A stretch of 64,000 nucleotides of DNA from Patescibacteria group bacterium (GTDB taxonomy: Bacteria; Patescibacteriota; Patescibacteriia; UBA9570), in assembly GCA_041660305.1 (NCBI GenBank), contig JBAZWO010000005.1:10247-74246 (forward strand), written 5' to 3'. Under the pieces are notes generated by a model. That model searched no databases and was not told the DNA's origin. It saw only the letters and a list, made by a program, of their open reading frames with translations. The translations under genes and the position numbers were made by a program. Position 1 is the stretch's first letter; each line of letters begins with the position of its first letter. Shown here one piece after another: positions 16,508 to 25,862 of the stretch.

Positions 16508-16508
16508 T

Positions 16509-19133
16509 ATGACCACAACACAATCATTTAAAAAATTACAACAACAATTACAGCGCCAATCTTATTTAGTGGCGGAGCATACGCAGCGAGCTCGTACCAT
16601 GATTATTTTGCCAGGTTTTTCATTGGATCCTCAGGAAATTGCTAAGTTAAAAGGCGCAGAATATTACGAAGAGCGGCTGCTTTATTTTATTGGGTATTTA
16701 CGAGATCCACAAACTAAGATTATTTTTGTAAGTTCTCGGCAAATTGATCCGGTAATTTTAGATTATTATTTTGATTTGTTTAGCAGTAATAAATCAGAGC
16801 GTAACAGCATGAAACAACATTGGCAGCATGTGTATGTGGGCAACGCCAAAACGCACCGGACGTTAACCGAAAAAGTATTACGGTCTCAGCGCTTATGTAA
16901 CCAAATTTTGCAACATATTACCGATAAAAAACTAGCCGTGATTCGGTGTTTTAATGTATCAGCTTCAGAAAAAGCACTGGCCGTAAAATTAAATATTCCA
17001 CTATTTGCTTCCGATCCAGATTTATTGGTATTGGGTTCAAAATCTGGTAGCCGAGCCATTTTTAAACAAGCTAAATTAGCTATACCAGTCGGCCGTGAAA
17101 ATATCTATAATTTTAATCAATTAATTTTGGCTATACAAAATATTAAAAAACAATATGCCAAAACTGAACAAGTTGTTTTAAAATATAATTATAGTTTTTC
17201 TGGAGTAGGCAATGCCATGTTAACAGTAAAAAAATGGCCGCGCGGCCAAGTAGCCACCGAGCAGTATATTAAAAAACATTTACGACCAAATGATAACACT
17301 GAAACGATTACAAATTATTTGGCCAAGTTTTTTCAGCTCGGCGGTATTGTAGAAGCTTGGTTAATAGGCGATGAAGTATTATCGCCTAGTGTACAAGTGC
17401 TGGTGTTGCCAAATAAAACCGTGGAATTGGTTTCAACTCACGAGCAAATTTTAGACGCAGTTACTAAACAGTTATATTTAGGAGCGCGTTTTCCAGCGCG
17501 TGATATTGTACACGCTGAAATATTGCGCCAGGCTAAGTTAATTGGCCAGCAAATGGCCAAACAAGAGGTGATTGGGCCATTTGGTATAGATTTTATTGCG
17601 GTAGAACAACATAAGCGGTGGCGGGCATTTCCAGTGGAAATTAATTTACGCAAAGGCGGTACCACGCATCCATTTCGAACAGTGCAGTTATTAAGTAATG
17701 GTCGGCAAGATGCTACCGGGCAATTATGTGATAAGCAAAAACAGCCGATTTATTATTGTGCGTATGATAATATTGTGTCTAATCAGTATAAAAAATTAGA
17801 GCCAGAACAATTAATTAAGTTAGTGCAGCATAGTGGCTTAGCCTACGATCCAGCTACCAATGTGGGAGTAACCTTGCATTTATTGGGGCCGTTAAAAAAA
17901 TATGGTAAATTTGGCGCTATTTGTATTGCGCACACAGCCACATCGGCTGAGCAGTTATTTTTGTTATTAAAACGAGCGGTGGATCGTTATGTGTTAGATC
18001 AATCAGTTTTAGAACAACAAACCAAAGTGGCTACGCTTTCTAAAGTAAATACTAATCGGCTAATTAAAAATTTTATTGAACTAGCTAAAATCGCTAGTCC
18101 ATCCGGTGAAGAACGGGTAATGGCCGAACGGATGCGCGAGCTATTAGTCCAAGCTGGGGCTAAGGTGCGCATCGATCAACGCGAAAACGTGATTGCTAAA
18201 ATAGATGGCACGGGAGCTTTTAGTGAGGCGGATCCTATTTTAATTTCCGCGCATTTAGATACCATTCATCCGGGTGTAAACATTCAACCGGTAGTGCGGG
18301 GTGATGTAATTATGAGTGACGGTACCACTATTTTAGGTGCTGATGATAAAGTAGCGCTCGCGTATATTGTAGAATTATTAAGAATTTTACAGGAACAAAA
18401 AATTACGCATCGACCGATAGAAATAATTTGTTCAGTGTGTGAAGAGCAATTTGCCCAAGGGGTAAAAGAGGTTGATTTTTCAAAAATAAAGGCACCGGTA
18501 GCGATTGTGTTAGATGGTGCTAGAATTGGTGAAATTGATGTATCTAGCCCATATATTGCCGATATTGTGGTGGAGGTAATTGGCAAAGCAGCCCATTCTG
18601 GTGTAGAGCCAGAGCGTGGAATTAGCGCCATTCAAATAGCGGCGCTAGCCATAGCAAAAATGAAATTAGGCAAAGTAGATGCCAGAACTACAGCTAATAT
18701 TGGTATTATTACCGGTGGAAAAAATCGTAACGTAATACCACCACAGGTTATTTTGGAAGGAGAAGTACGTGGTTTTTTAAAACAGCGTTTAGAAGAACAG
18801 CTAGAACACATGGAAAAAATGTTGCGCGATGCGGCGGAACATTTTGGTGGATTGTTATCGTTGCAAAACAAGCTTATTTTAGAAGGGTATCAAATTTCAG
18901 AACACGATCCAGATTTGTTGCGTCTAATGATGCTCATGAAACAAGTGCATATTCCAGCTAGATTACGGCAAACTAATGGCGCTTCAGATGCTAATATTAT
19001 GATGACGCGAGGTATTAAAGCGTTTGACATTGGTATTGGTGTACATCATCCTCATACTATCGAAGAACATGTGTATATTGCGGACATGGTAAAAATGGTA
19101 GAGCTGTTATTATTGCTGGTGACAAAAAAATAA
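16509..19133 (+). CDS. Fusion protein: N-terminal ATP-grasp-type carboxylate-amine/peptide ligase and C-terminal M20 (PepT-like) metallopeptidase
   Basis: The N-terminal ~500 aa (ILPGFSLDPQEIAKLKGAEYYEERLLYFIGYLRDPQTKIIFVSSRQIDPVILDYY) resembles, from memory, PGM1-related ATP-grasp ligases. The C-terminal ~370 aa carries SAHLDTIHPG, GADDKVALAYIVELL and HHPHTIEEHV, typical of M20 peptidases. Confidence 0.6.
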   Translation: MTTTQSFKKLQQQLQRQSYLVAEHTQRARTMIILPGFSLDPQEIAKLKGAEYYEERLLYFIGYLRDPQTKIIFVSSRQIDPVILDYYFDLFSSNKSERNSMKQHWQHVYVGNAKTHRTLTEKVLRSQRLCNQILQHITDKKLAVIRCFNVSASEKALAVKLNIPLFASDPDLLVLGSKSGSRAIFKQAKLAIPVGRENIYNFNQLILAIQNIKKQYAKTEQVVLKYNYSFSGVGNAMLTVKKWPRGQVATEQYIKKHLRPNDNTETITNYLAKFFQLGGIVEAWLIGDEVLSPSVQVLVLPNKTVELVSTHEQILDAVTKQLYLGARFPARDIVHAEILRQAKLIGQQMAKQEVIGPFGIDFIAVEQHKRWRAFPVEINLRKGGTTHPFRTVQLLSNGRQDATGQLCDKQKQPIYYCAYDNIVSNQYKKLEPEQLIKLVQHSGLAYDPATNVGVTLHLLGPLKKYGKFGAICIAHTATSAEQLFLLLKRAVDRYVLDQSVLEQQTKVATLSKVNTNRLIKNFIELAKIASPSGEERVMAERMRELLVQAGAKVRIDQRENVIAKIDGTGAFSEADPILISAHLDTIHPGVNIQPVVRGDVIMSDGTTILGADDKVALAYIVELLRILQEQKITHRPIEIICSVCEEQFAQGVKEVDFSKIKAPVAIVLDGARIGEIDVSSPYIADIVVEVIGKAAHSGVEPERGISAIQIAALAIAKMKLGKVDARTTANIGIITGGKNRNVIPPQVILEGEVRGFLKQRLEEQLEHMEKMLRDAAEHFGGLLSLQNKLILEGYQISEHDPDLLRLMMLMKQVHIPARLRQTNGASDANIMMTRGIKAFDIGIGVHHPHTIEEHVYIADMVKMVELLLLLVTKK

Positions 19134-19300
19134 TTGTGCTATAATGCTAGTAGCTCTATTATCTACGCTTAACCACTTTCGACAAGCCATTTTTCCCCGG
19201 GAGCTTTAATTACTGTGTGCCGTGGCATCCAGTTGCGAGCACCCACTTAATTTTAAGAGGGGAGTGGGTTACGACGTGGAGTGTAGAGCTAACTAATACC

Positions 19301-19326
19301 CCCTTTCTTTTTAAGAAAGGGATTTT
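19301..19326 (+). terminator. Intrinsic terminator (after 16509 CDS, or attenuator before fdx)
   Basis: CCCTTTCTT-ttt-AAGAAAGGG followed by ATTTT. Confidence 0.5.
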
Positions 19327-19375
19327 AGTGTAAGATGTATTAGTTAATTAAGTTGCTAATTTAATTTTATTGTTT

Positions 19376-19654
19376 ATGCCTAAAGTTACGTATTTATCCG
19401 ATAACAAAACGGTAGAAGTAGCTGTTGGAAAATCACTTAAAGAAATTGCCCATGAAAATGATTTATCCATTCCGTTTGGTTGTGAAAATGGCATTTGTGG
19501 AACGTGTATGGTTACGGTTAAGTCTGGTGCCGAAAATCTTTCACCAATCACCGAGCAAGAAAAAGAAACGTTGCAAACATTAGGTGGCAACGCTAATCAG
19601 CGTTTAACTTGCCAATGTAAAGTATTGGGCGATGTAACTTTCGATTTGGAATAA
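19376..19654 (+). CDS. fdx: [2Fe-2S] ferredoxin
   Basis: Cys cluster GCENGICGTCMV ... LTCQC. ATG 19376 preferred over TTG 19370. Confidence 0.8.
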   Translation: MPKVTYLSDNKTVEVAVGKSLKEIAHENDLSIPFGCENGICGTCMVTVKSGAENLSPITEQEKETLQTLGGNANQRLTCQCKVLGDVTFDLE

Positions 19655-19666
19655 GCAACCCCAACC

Positions 19667-20308
19667 ATGTTATTTCAATTACTGAATATTAATCCGTTAC
19701 TGATATTACCGTGGTTATTAGCGGTTATATTAGCCATTGGTTGGCACGAATTTGCACACGCGTTGGCCGCTTATTGGCAAGGTGATGATACAGCGCAGGC
19801 GTCTGGCCGGCTAACCATGAATCCATTGGCACATATCGATTGGCTAGGCTTGGTGTTGCTAGTTTTTATTGGATTTGGTTGGGGAAAACCAACGCCGTTT
19901 AATCCATATAATTTAAAATATAAAAAATGGGGCAGTGCTCTAGTAAGTGTGGCTGGACCGTTATCTAATTTAATCATGGTAGTGATAGCGTTAACGGCTT
20001 ATAAAATATTAGGTTTTTATGATATTATTAATTGGTTACAGGCCGGTAATTTATTAGAAATATTTTTAATGTTTGTGGTACAGTTAAATGTAATGTTATT
20101 TGTGTTTAATTTAATTCCTGTGCCGCCATTAGACGGATCTAAAATTTTATATACGTTTTTAGGCGCCAAACATCAGGCTACTATTCTAAAATTAGAGTTT
20201 TATGGACCCTGGATTTTATTAGGTATTTTATTAGTTGGGGAAAAGGCATTAAGCGCTATTATTGCACATATTTTAGTATTATTATACACTTTATTTGGTT
20301 TAATTTAA
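19667..20308 (+). CDS. Site-2 protease family (M50) membrane metalloprotease
   Basis: HEFAHALAA (HExxH) in a TM helix, downstream NLIPVPPLDGSK, multiple TM segments. Confidence 0.8.
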   Translation: MLFQLLNINPLLILPWLLAVILAIGWHEFAHALAAYWQGDDTAQASGRLTMNPLAHIDWLGLVLLVFIGFGWGKPTPFNPYNLKYKKWGSALVSVAGPLSNLIMVVIALTAYKILGFYDIINWLQAGNLLEIFLMFVVQLNVMLFVFNLIPVPPLDGSKILYTFLGAKHQATILKLEFYGPWILLGILLVGEKALSAIIAHILVLLYTLFGLI

Positions 20309-20327
20309 GCTTTAAATAATCTAAGTA

Positions 20328-20355
20328 TTGACACATTTTCTTAATTTGCTATAGT
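20328..20355 (+). promoter_or_regulatory. rpsL promoter (near-leaderless)
   Basis: TTGACA, 16 nt, TATAGT. The -10 box ends 11 nt before the ATG and there is no SD. Confidence 0.5.
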
Positions 20356-20366
20356 AAGCACCACTT

Positions 20367-20795
20367 ATGCCAACAATTCAACAGTTAATTCGAAAACCAC
20401 GCCGGAAAGTTTCTACTAAATCTAAAGTTCCAGCATTACTAACCAATTTTAATGCTTTAAAGCGTCGGCGCAAAGCCATGGCTAAAGGTAACCCATTAAA
20501 GCGTGGTGTATGCACTAAGGTAACTACTACTACTCCAAAAAAACCAAACTCAGCGTTGCGGAAAATTGCTCGGGTTCGTTTATCCAATGGTATGGAAGTT
20601 ACCGCTTATATTCCCGGTGAAGGCCATAATTTACAAGAACACTCCATTGTATTAATTCGGGGTGGTAGAGTACATGATTTGCCTGGTGTGCGTTATCATA
20701 TTGTACGCGGTGTATACGATACCGCCGGAGTAGAGGGGCGCAAAGTCGGCCGTTCAGTATACGGAGTTAAAAAAGATAAATCAGCTAAGAAATAA
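20367..20795 (+). CDS. rpsL: 30S ribosomal protein S12
   Basis: [14 protein letters not shown] ... [18 protein letters not shown]. Confidence 0.97.
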   Translation: MPTIQQLIRKPRRKVSTKSKVPALLTNFNALKRRRKAMAKGNPLKRGVCTKVTTTTPKKPNSALRKIARVRLSNGMEVTAYIPGEGHNLQEHSIVLIRGGRVHDLPGVRYHIVRGVYDTAGVEGRKVGRSVYGVKKDKSAKK

Positions 20796-20797
20796 TT

Positions 20798-21271
20798 ATG
20801 AGAGGAAAACAAGCTAAAAAGCGTTCTATAGCGCCAGATCCACAATACAATAGCACCGCCGTGGCTAAATTTATTAATTATATTATGCACGGTGGTAAAA
20901 AAACCGTTGCGCAAAAAGTAGTGTACGGGGCTTTTGCTGTAATTGAGAAAAAAAATGGTGACAAAGGCGAAAAAGGGGTAGATGTATTTGATAAAGCTAT
21001 TCGTAATGTATCTCCATTAGTGGAAGTAAAAGCTCGCCGCATTGGTGGCGCCAATTATCAAGTGCCAATTGAAGTAAGAGGTGAACGTCGATTTAATTTA
21101 GCCTCTCGTTGGATTATTGGCGCGGCGCGGTCTCGTAAAGGCAAACCAATGGCGGAAAAGTTAGCGCAGGAGTTAATGGATGCTGCTCAAGAACAAGGTG
21201 ATGCCATTAAAAAGAAGCAAGACGTGCACCGCATGGCCGAATCCAACCGTGCTTTTGCGCATTTCGCTTAA
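20798..21271 (+). CDS. rpsG: 30S ribosomal protein S7
   Basis: DPQYNSTAVAKFINYIMHGGKKTVAQKVVY ... ANYQVPIEVRGERR. Confidence 0.97.
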   Translation: MRGKQAKKRSIAPDPQYNSTAVAKFINYIMHGGKKTVAQKVVYGAFAVIEKKNGDKGEKGVDVFDKAIRNVSPLVEVKARRIGGANYQVPIEVRGERRFNLASRWIIGAARSRKGKPMAEKLAQELMDAAQEQGDAIKKKQDVHRMAESNRAFAHFA

Positions 21272-21278
21272 ATAACAA

Positions 21279-21373
21279 CTTACCTCACCCCCTAGCCCCC
21301 TCTCCTCAAAGGAGAGGGGGAATTTTAATTTCTCCCTTCTCCTGTTTAGGAGAAGGGTCGGGGATGAGGTAGG
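21279..21373. repeat. G+C-rich nested-hairpin element (double unit)
   Basis: cttacctcaccccctagccccctctcctcaaaggagaggggg ... ctcccttctcctgtttaggagaagggtcggggatgaggtagg. Confidence 0.85.
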
Positions 21374-21444
21374 CATTTTGTTATTATGAAAATTACATGA
21401 AAAGTAATTTGGTGAATATTTTTAATTATTGTAAAATATAATAT

Positions 21445-22749
21445 ATGACTACAACAACAAAACAAACCATTCTTACTATTATCATTAGTTTAGTATCCAG
21501 TATATTAGTTAGTGGATTGCTCATTGGCGGGTTAGTATCAGCAATGCTATTAAAGCCAGATTTAGTAGCTTCATTGTTGAATAAATCAGGTAAAACCAGT
21601 GTTACAGAACAAACTACAAATAACAATACAACAAATTTAAGTAATCTAGCTTCGCAACAAGAAGCCATAGTAGTAGATGTGGTAAAAAAAACCAATCCAG
21701 CGGTAGTATCGATTATTGCTACACAAGACGTGCCAAAATTTGAGCCTTTATTAGAGCGTAATTATCGCTCACCATTACAGGATTTATTTGGCATTGATCC
21801 ATTTTTTGGCCAACAATATGATACAAAAGATGATACACAAACACCAAATACAAATAACAATACTAATACAGAACAGCAAGAAATTGGTGGTGGTTCAGGG
21901 TTTATCGTATCAGCCGATGGCTATATTGTTACTAATAAACACGTAGTGGATATTGCTAGCGATGCTGATTTTACGGTGTATACCAGTGATAAACAAAAGT
22001 ATCCGGCCAAAGTGGTGGCACGTGATCCTAGTAATGATATTGCCGTATTAAAAATTGAAACTACTAATTTACCGTTTTTAACCTTCGGTAATTCGGAACA
22101 GTTACAGGTTGGGCAAAGTGTTATTGCGATTGGTAACCCGTTATTAGAATTTAACAATTCAGTATCCGTTGGAGTAATTTCTGGTTTAGCGCGTTCTATT
22201 GAAGCCGGTGATAGCATGGGACAGACTACCGAACAATTAGAAAACGTAATTCAAACGGATGCGGCTATTAATCAAGGTAATTCCGGTGGGCCGCTACTGA
22301 ATTTAAAAGGGGAGGTGATTGGTATGAATTCGGCGGTAGCTGGTTCGCAAACAGCACAAAATATTGGGTTTGCCTTACCAGCTAATTTAATCAGTTCAGT
22401 TGTAGATTCGGTAAAAACCACCGGCACTATCGAGCGACCATATTTAGGGGTGCGTTATCTAGAAATTAACGATAGTGTGCAAGAAAAAAATCAGCTCAGC
22501 GTTAATTATGGAGTATTAGTAACTAGTTCAGCTAATGATGAATTAGCAGTGATTCCTGGTTCACCGGCTGATAAAGCCGGTATCCAAACCAATGATATTA
22601 TTTTAGAAATAGATGGTAAAAAATTAGATGAAAATACATCATTATCCTCATATATTAGCCAAAAAAACATTAGTGATAAAGTTACATTAAAAATCTTACA
22701 CAAAGGTGAGGAGAAAGATATTGAGGTAACGCTGGAAAAACGCCCATAG
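21445..22749 (+). CDS. htrA: HtrA/DegP-family serine protease with PDZ domain
   Basis: N-terminal TM helix, catalytic TDAAINQGNSGGPLLNLKGEVIGMNSA, C-terminal PDZ (GSPADKAGIQTNDIILEIDG). Confidence 0.9.
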   Translation: MTTTTKQTILTIIISLVSSILVSGLLIGGLVSAMLLKPDLVASLLNKSGKTSVTEQTTNNNTTNLSNLASQQEAIVVDVVKKTNPAVVSIIATQDVPKFEPLLERNYRSPLQDLFGIDPFFGQQYDTKDDTQTPNTNNNTNTEQQEIGGGSGFIVSADGYIVTNKHVVDIASDADFTVYTSDKQKYPAKVVARDPSNDIAVLKIETTNLPFLTFGNSEQLQVGQSVIAIGNPLLEFNNSVSVGVISGLARSIEAGDSMGQTTEQLENVIQTDAAINQGNSGGPLLNLKGEVIGMNSAVAGSQTAQNIGFALPANLISSVVDSVKTTGTIERPYLGVRYLEINDSVQEKNQLSVNYGVLVTSSANDELAVIPGSPADKAGIQTNDIILEIDGKKLDENTSLSSYISQKNISDKVTLKILHKGEEKDIEVTLEKRP

Positions 22750-22840
22750 TTTATTAATAGTTTTCCACATGATATTCCAAAAAATCCAATAATAGTGTAT
22801 AGTATTAACGAATCTACTTAATTATCTAACATATTTTGTT

Positions 22841-23125
22841 ATGGCCAAACCAATGACAAAGAGTCAGTTTCTAGCTTTATTAGCAGAAAAAACTGGTTTA
22901 AGTAAGAAAGAAGTAACTACGATGTGGGATGTACTCGTAGCTGCTGTGTACAAACACACGAAAGAAGACGGTGAAGTAACTTTACCAGGTGTTGGTAAAT
23001 TACAGAAAAAACATCGCGCTGCTCGTCAAGGACGCAATCCTGCTACTGGCGAAACCATTCAAATCCCAGCCAAAACAGTGTTAAAATTCCGTGTTTCCAA
23101 AGCCGCCAAAGACGCTATTCTCTAA
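22841..23125 (+). CDS. hup: HU/IHF-family DNA-binding protein
   Basis: 94 aa with GVGKLQKKHRAARQGRNPATGETIQIPAKTVLKFRVSK. Confidence 0.9.
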   Translation: MAKPMTKSQFLALLAEKTGLSKKEVTTMWDVLVAAVYKHTKEDGEVTLPGVGKLQKKHRAARQGRNPATGETIQIPAKTVLKFRVSKAAKDAIL

Positions 23126-23147
23126 AAGTTTTAGTGAATAAAAGAAC

Positions 23148-23184
23148 AAATCCTCTCTCTAGCATTTGCTGGGGCGAGGATTTT
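23148..23184 (+). terminator. Putative hup terminator
   Basis: AAATCCTC ... GAGGATTT stem with a T-rich tail. Confidence 0.4.
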
Positions 23185-23203
23185 GTGTTATAGATTATGC
23201 CAT

Positions 23204-23566
23204 ATGGCCATTAAACCACTAATAACATTAAGTAGTTTGTTAATTACAGTAAGCCTGTTAGGCGTTAGTTGTTTTAAAACACCTGTGGCTATTAAGATAC
23301 TTACACCAGCCGCTACAGATACTTGGATAGCCGGTGAACAAGGAGTAATTAAATGGTTCGGTGCTAACCAAGCCGCTTTGTTTTTGCACGATGCTGCCGG
23401 CACAACCGTAGCTACTATTCCTAATACTATTTACAATCTTAGCAATACCGTAGCCTTAAACTATCAAATACCAGCTAATCTAAAATCAGGCACCTACCAA
23501 TGGTGTGTTACTCCAACTGGCAGTATTCAGCAATACTGTGGAGCTAATTTTAAGATAGTAAACTAA
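23204..23566 (+). CDS. Small secreted hypothetical protein
   Basis: Signal-like MAIKPLITLSSLLITVSLLGVSCF. ATG 23204 preferred. Confidence 0.45.
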   Translation: MAIKPLITLSSLLITVSLLGVSCFKTPVAIKILTPAATDTWIAGEQGVIKWFGANQAALFLHDAAGTTVATIPNTIYNLSNTVALNYQIPANLKSGTYQWCVTPTGSIQQYCGANFKIVN

Positions 23567-23571
23567 TACAT

Positions 23572-23668
23572 AACCCACCGGCTTACCTGCCCGCCGTACT
23601 CCGTCTAAGGAGGCAGGCGGGAAGCCGGGGGTTAATATTACTAACCCCTGGGTTTATCCCAGTGGGTT
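23572..23668. repeat. AACCC(C/A)CCGG...GGGTT hairpin family, composite copy
   Basis: aacccaccggctt-acctgcccgccgtactccgtctaaggaggcaggcggg-aagccgggggtt plus aacccctgggtttatcccagtgggtt. Confidence 0.8.
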
Positions 23669-23676
23669 TTGAGGTA

Positions 23677-24420
23677 CTAATTTGAATTTGTATTGGTATT
23701 AGTATCAACTTCGCCTACGGTAACTTCTCCAGAGCCGTTTTCTGGCAGATCAAACATCACGTTAGCGGTTTTGATAAGCTGGGCGTCTACGCTCTGTTTT
23801 TGGCAAGCACTCAAGCTGTTATAAGCTTCATTTACGGTAATTAATGGGCCAGCAGAAGTATAACGTACCTCTTTTAATTTTACGCTGCTGGGCACGGCAT
23901 TAGAATAACCAGTTTCTTCAGCTTTTGGCCCATGCATATCTTCCAGCATAATTTGGCCATAAGGATCAGCTTCGTTAGGGGTAAGCTCTCGTTTTACCGC
24001 TGCGACTTCACCACAATCGGCACCGGTAGGCTGAAAATATAGCGAAACAGTTTTCATGTTACTATTAGTGTTTGAATTGTTGTTCGTATTACTATCTGGC
24101 TCCACTAAGCCAGTATCTGTATTAGTGTTTTTATTGCTGTTGTTAGTATTATCGTTAGCGTTAGAATTAGTGTTAGTATTAGCGGTATTAATATTACCGT
24201 TTACATTAGCAATATTCGTTAAATTAGTATTGGCTAAATTACTATTATTTAGCGTAGCGCTGTTAGTTTGGTTAATTAAATTGGTGTTAGTAGTATCAGT
24301 TGGTGTAGCTGGGTTAATGAGTAAATACACAAACCAGCCGATTAAACCAACTAAAACAGCCACTACTAGGGCTAAAATGCCATAAAGCACTTTAAGTTGA
24401 GATGAGTTTGTTTGGTTCAT
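23677..24420 (-). CDS. Membrane-anchored GerMN-domain-like protein with Asn/Thr-rich linker
   Basis: TM helix, long N/T low-complexity linker, C-terminal VSLYFQP...CGEVAAVKREL pattern resembling GerMN. Confidence 0.45.
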   Translation of the reverse strand: MNQTNSSQLKVLYGILALVVAVLVGLIGWFVYLLINPATPTDTTNTNLINQTNSATLNNSNLANTNLTNIANVNGNINTANTNTNSNANDNTNNSNKNTNTDTGLVEPDSNTNNNSNTNSNMKTVSLYFQPTGADCGEVAAVKRELTPNEADPYGQIMLEDMHGPKAEETGYSNAVPSSVKLKEVRYTSAGPLITVNEAYNSLSACQKQSVDAQLIKTANVMFDLPENGSGEVTVGEVDTNTNTNSN

Positions 24421-24536
24421 ATACGCCTAGTATATCATATTCTACATTGACAAGCTATGATGATCTTGTAACATAAAGAATACTTTTAGAATACTCTAAA
24501 ACATTCAATAATTAATTATTTAAAATACAGCTTATT

Positions 24537-24986
24537 ATGTTTCAACGTTTCATTGGTGGTGGGCTAATACTGGTTATCAGTATAATTCTTTTTAGTGGTT
24601 GTGGTACAAGCACTAATAACACTAATAATATTAGTAACAGTACAGAAAGTAATAATAGTAATGTTAATGTAAACAGCGCAACTATTTCGGTTCAAGTGGT
24701 TTTATCAGATGGCGATAATCAATCTAGTTATTCGGTTTTAGTAAAACCAGCTAGTAGTGTGGATAGTGTAATGCAACAGGTCAGTAAAGAATATCAATTT
24801 AGTTATCGTACTCAAGAAAGTACTAGTGCCGGAAAATATGTAGAAGAAATTAACGGCCAGGCGTCTGATACCGCGGCAAATAAATTTTGGTTGTATGATA
24901 TTAATGGTACGCCAGCTACTACTGGTGTAGCTGATACTATAGTAAAAGCAAACGACGTAATTACTTGGAAATACCAAGCGTTTTAA
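24537..24986 (+). CDS. DUF4430-like secreted protein
   Basis: Lipoprotein-like signal ILFSGCGT. C-terminal GKYVEEINGQ...NKFWLYDINGTPATTGVADTIVKANDVITWKY. Confidence 0.5.
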   Translation: MFQRFIGGGLILVISIILFSGCGTSTNNTNNISNSTESNNSNVNVNSATISVQVVLSDGDNQSSYSVLVKPASSVDSVMQQVSKEYQFSYRTQESTSAGKYVEEINGQASDTAANKFWLYDINGTPATTGVADTIVKANDVITWKYQAF

Positions 24987-25015
24987 TATTAAATTATTAA
25001 TTATTTTTTAAATTT

Positions 25016-25594
25016 ATGAACCACATTATAAAAGACTTTTCACATTTAATTGGAAACTTACCAGGCTTTTCCAGCAAACTAGTAGAAGCGCATTTAGGTT
25101 TATATGCCGGCTATGTAAAAAAGCTCAATGAAATTGAGGAGAAATTAAAAACCGCTGATCCAAAAGATAGTAATTATAGTTACGGCACGTTTTCAGAACT
25201 AAAGCGCCGTGAAGCGGTGGCTTTTAATGGAGCTTATTTGCACCAGCTTTATTTTGAGAATCTTACCACCAAGCCTACGATCATTACTCCAGAATTAACC
25301 CAGCAGTTAACCGCTGCCTTTGGTTCTTACGAGGCTTTTTTGGACAATCTAAAAGGTTCGGCCACGTCTACACCGGGTTGGGTGGTGCTTACTAAAAACA
25401 AGATCGATGGCTTATTGCACACTTATTTGGTATATGAGCATCATGTAAACATTCCTGTGCATAACGAAATTATTCTAGCACTCGATTGCTGGGAACACGC
25501 CTTTGCGCTAGATTATGGCACCGATAAACCCACTTACGTAAATAGCTTTATTAAAGCCATTAATTGGAACGTAGTAACACAGCGGGCTAAATAA
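25016..25594 (+). CDS. Fe/Mn superoxide dismutase family protein
   Basis: C-terminal ligand motif LDCWEHAFALDYG and NGAYLHQLYF. The N-terminal His pair is atypical. Confidence 0.75.
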   Translation: MNHIIKDFSHLIGNLPGFSSKLVEAHLGLYAGYVKKLNEIEEKLKTADPKDSNYSYGTFSELKRREAVAFNGAYLHQLYFENLTTKPTIITPELTQQLTAAFGSYEAFLDNLKGSATSTPGWVVLTKNKIDGLLHTYLVYEHHVNIPVHNEIILALDCWEHAFALDYGTDKPTYVNSFIKAINWNVVTQRAK

Positions 25595-25614
25595 ATATCA
25601 ACGTAATTATATAG

Positions 25615-25700
25615 TGGTGCCGGGGGAGGGAATCGAACCCTCACGGAGAAACTCCGCACGATTTTGAGTCGTGTGCGTCTACCAATTCCGCCACTCCGGC
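25615..25700 (-). tRNA. tRNA-Leu (anticodon CAA), CCA encoded
   Basis: Reverse complement GCCGGAGTGGCGGAATTGGTAGACGCACACGACTCAAAATCGTGCGGAGTTTCTCCGTGAGGGTTCGATTCCCTCCCCCGGCACCA. Cloverleaf with long variable arm and anticodon loop CT-CAA-AA. Confidence 0.9.
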
Positions 25701-25862
25701 CTACGTCCCGAATAACTCGGGACTCCGGCCGACAAGCCGGCCTTTTGACCAGTTATTATCGGCTGATGTGTAATTGATAATAAATATAATTAAGGAAGAT
25801 GTCAAACATACAGTGATTCTAGCATTTGAATATCAGCTTTTAATACTGTATACTACTCCAAT

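Noticed and set aside
14312-16508. Replication origin (oriC), suggested by the perfect DnaA box TTATCCACA, divergent flanking genes and parAB 10 kb away
   Set aside because: There is only one perfect box, paired with a 1-mismatch inverted copy at 14334-14356, plus one TTATCAACA hairpin. There is no AT-rich unwinding element and no dnaA/dnaN nearby, and the region is G+C-enriched rather than AT-rich. Isolated 1-mismatch boxes elsewhere (e.g. 38826 TGTGGATAA) are expected by chance in this composition.
25701-25760. Hairpins next to tRNA-Leu (GTCCCGaataaCTCGGGAC and CCGGCcgacaaGCCGG plus CTTTT) considered as a second RNA gene
   Set aside because: They are too short and simple. They are more likely a terminator or processing structure, and there is no independent support.
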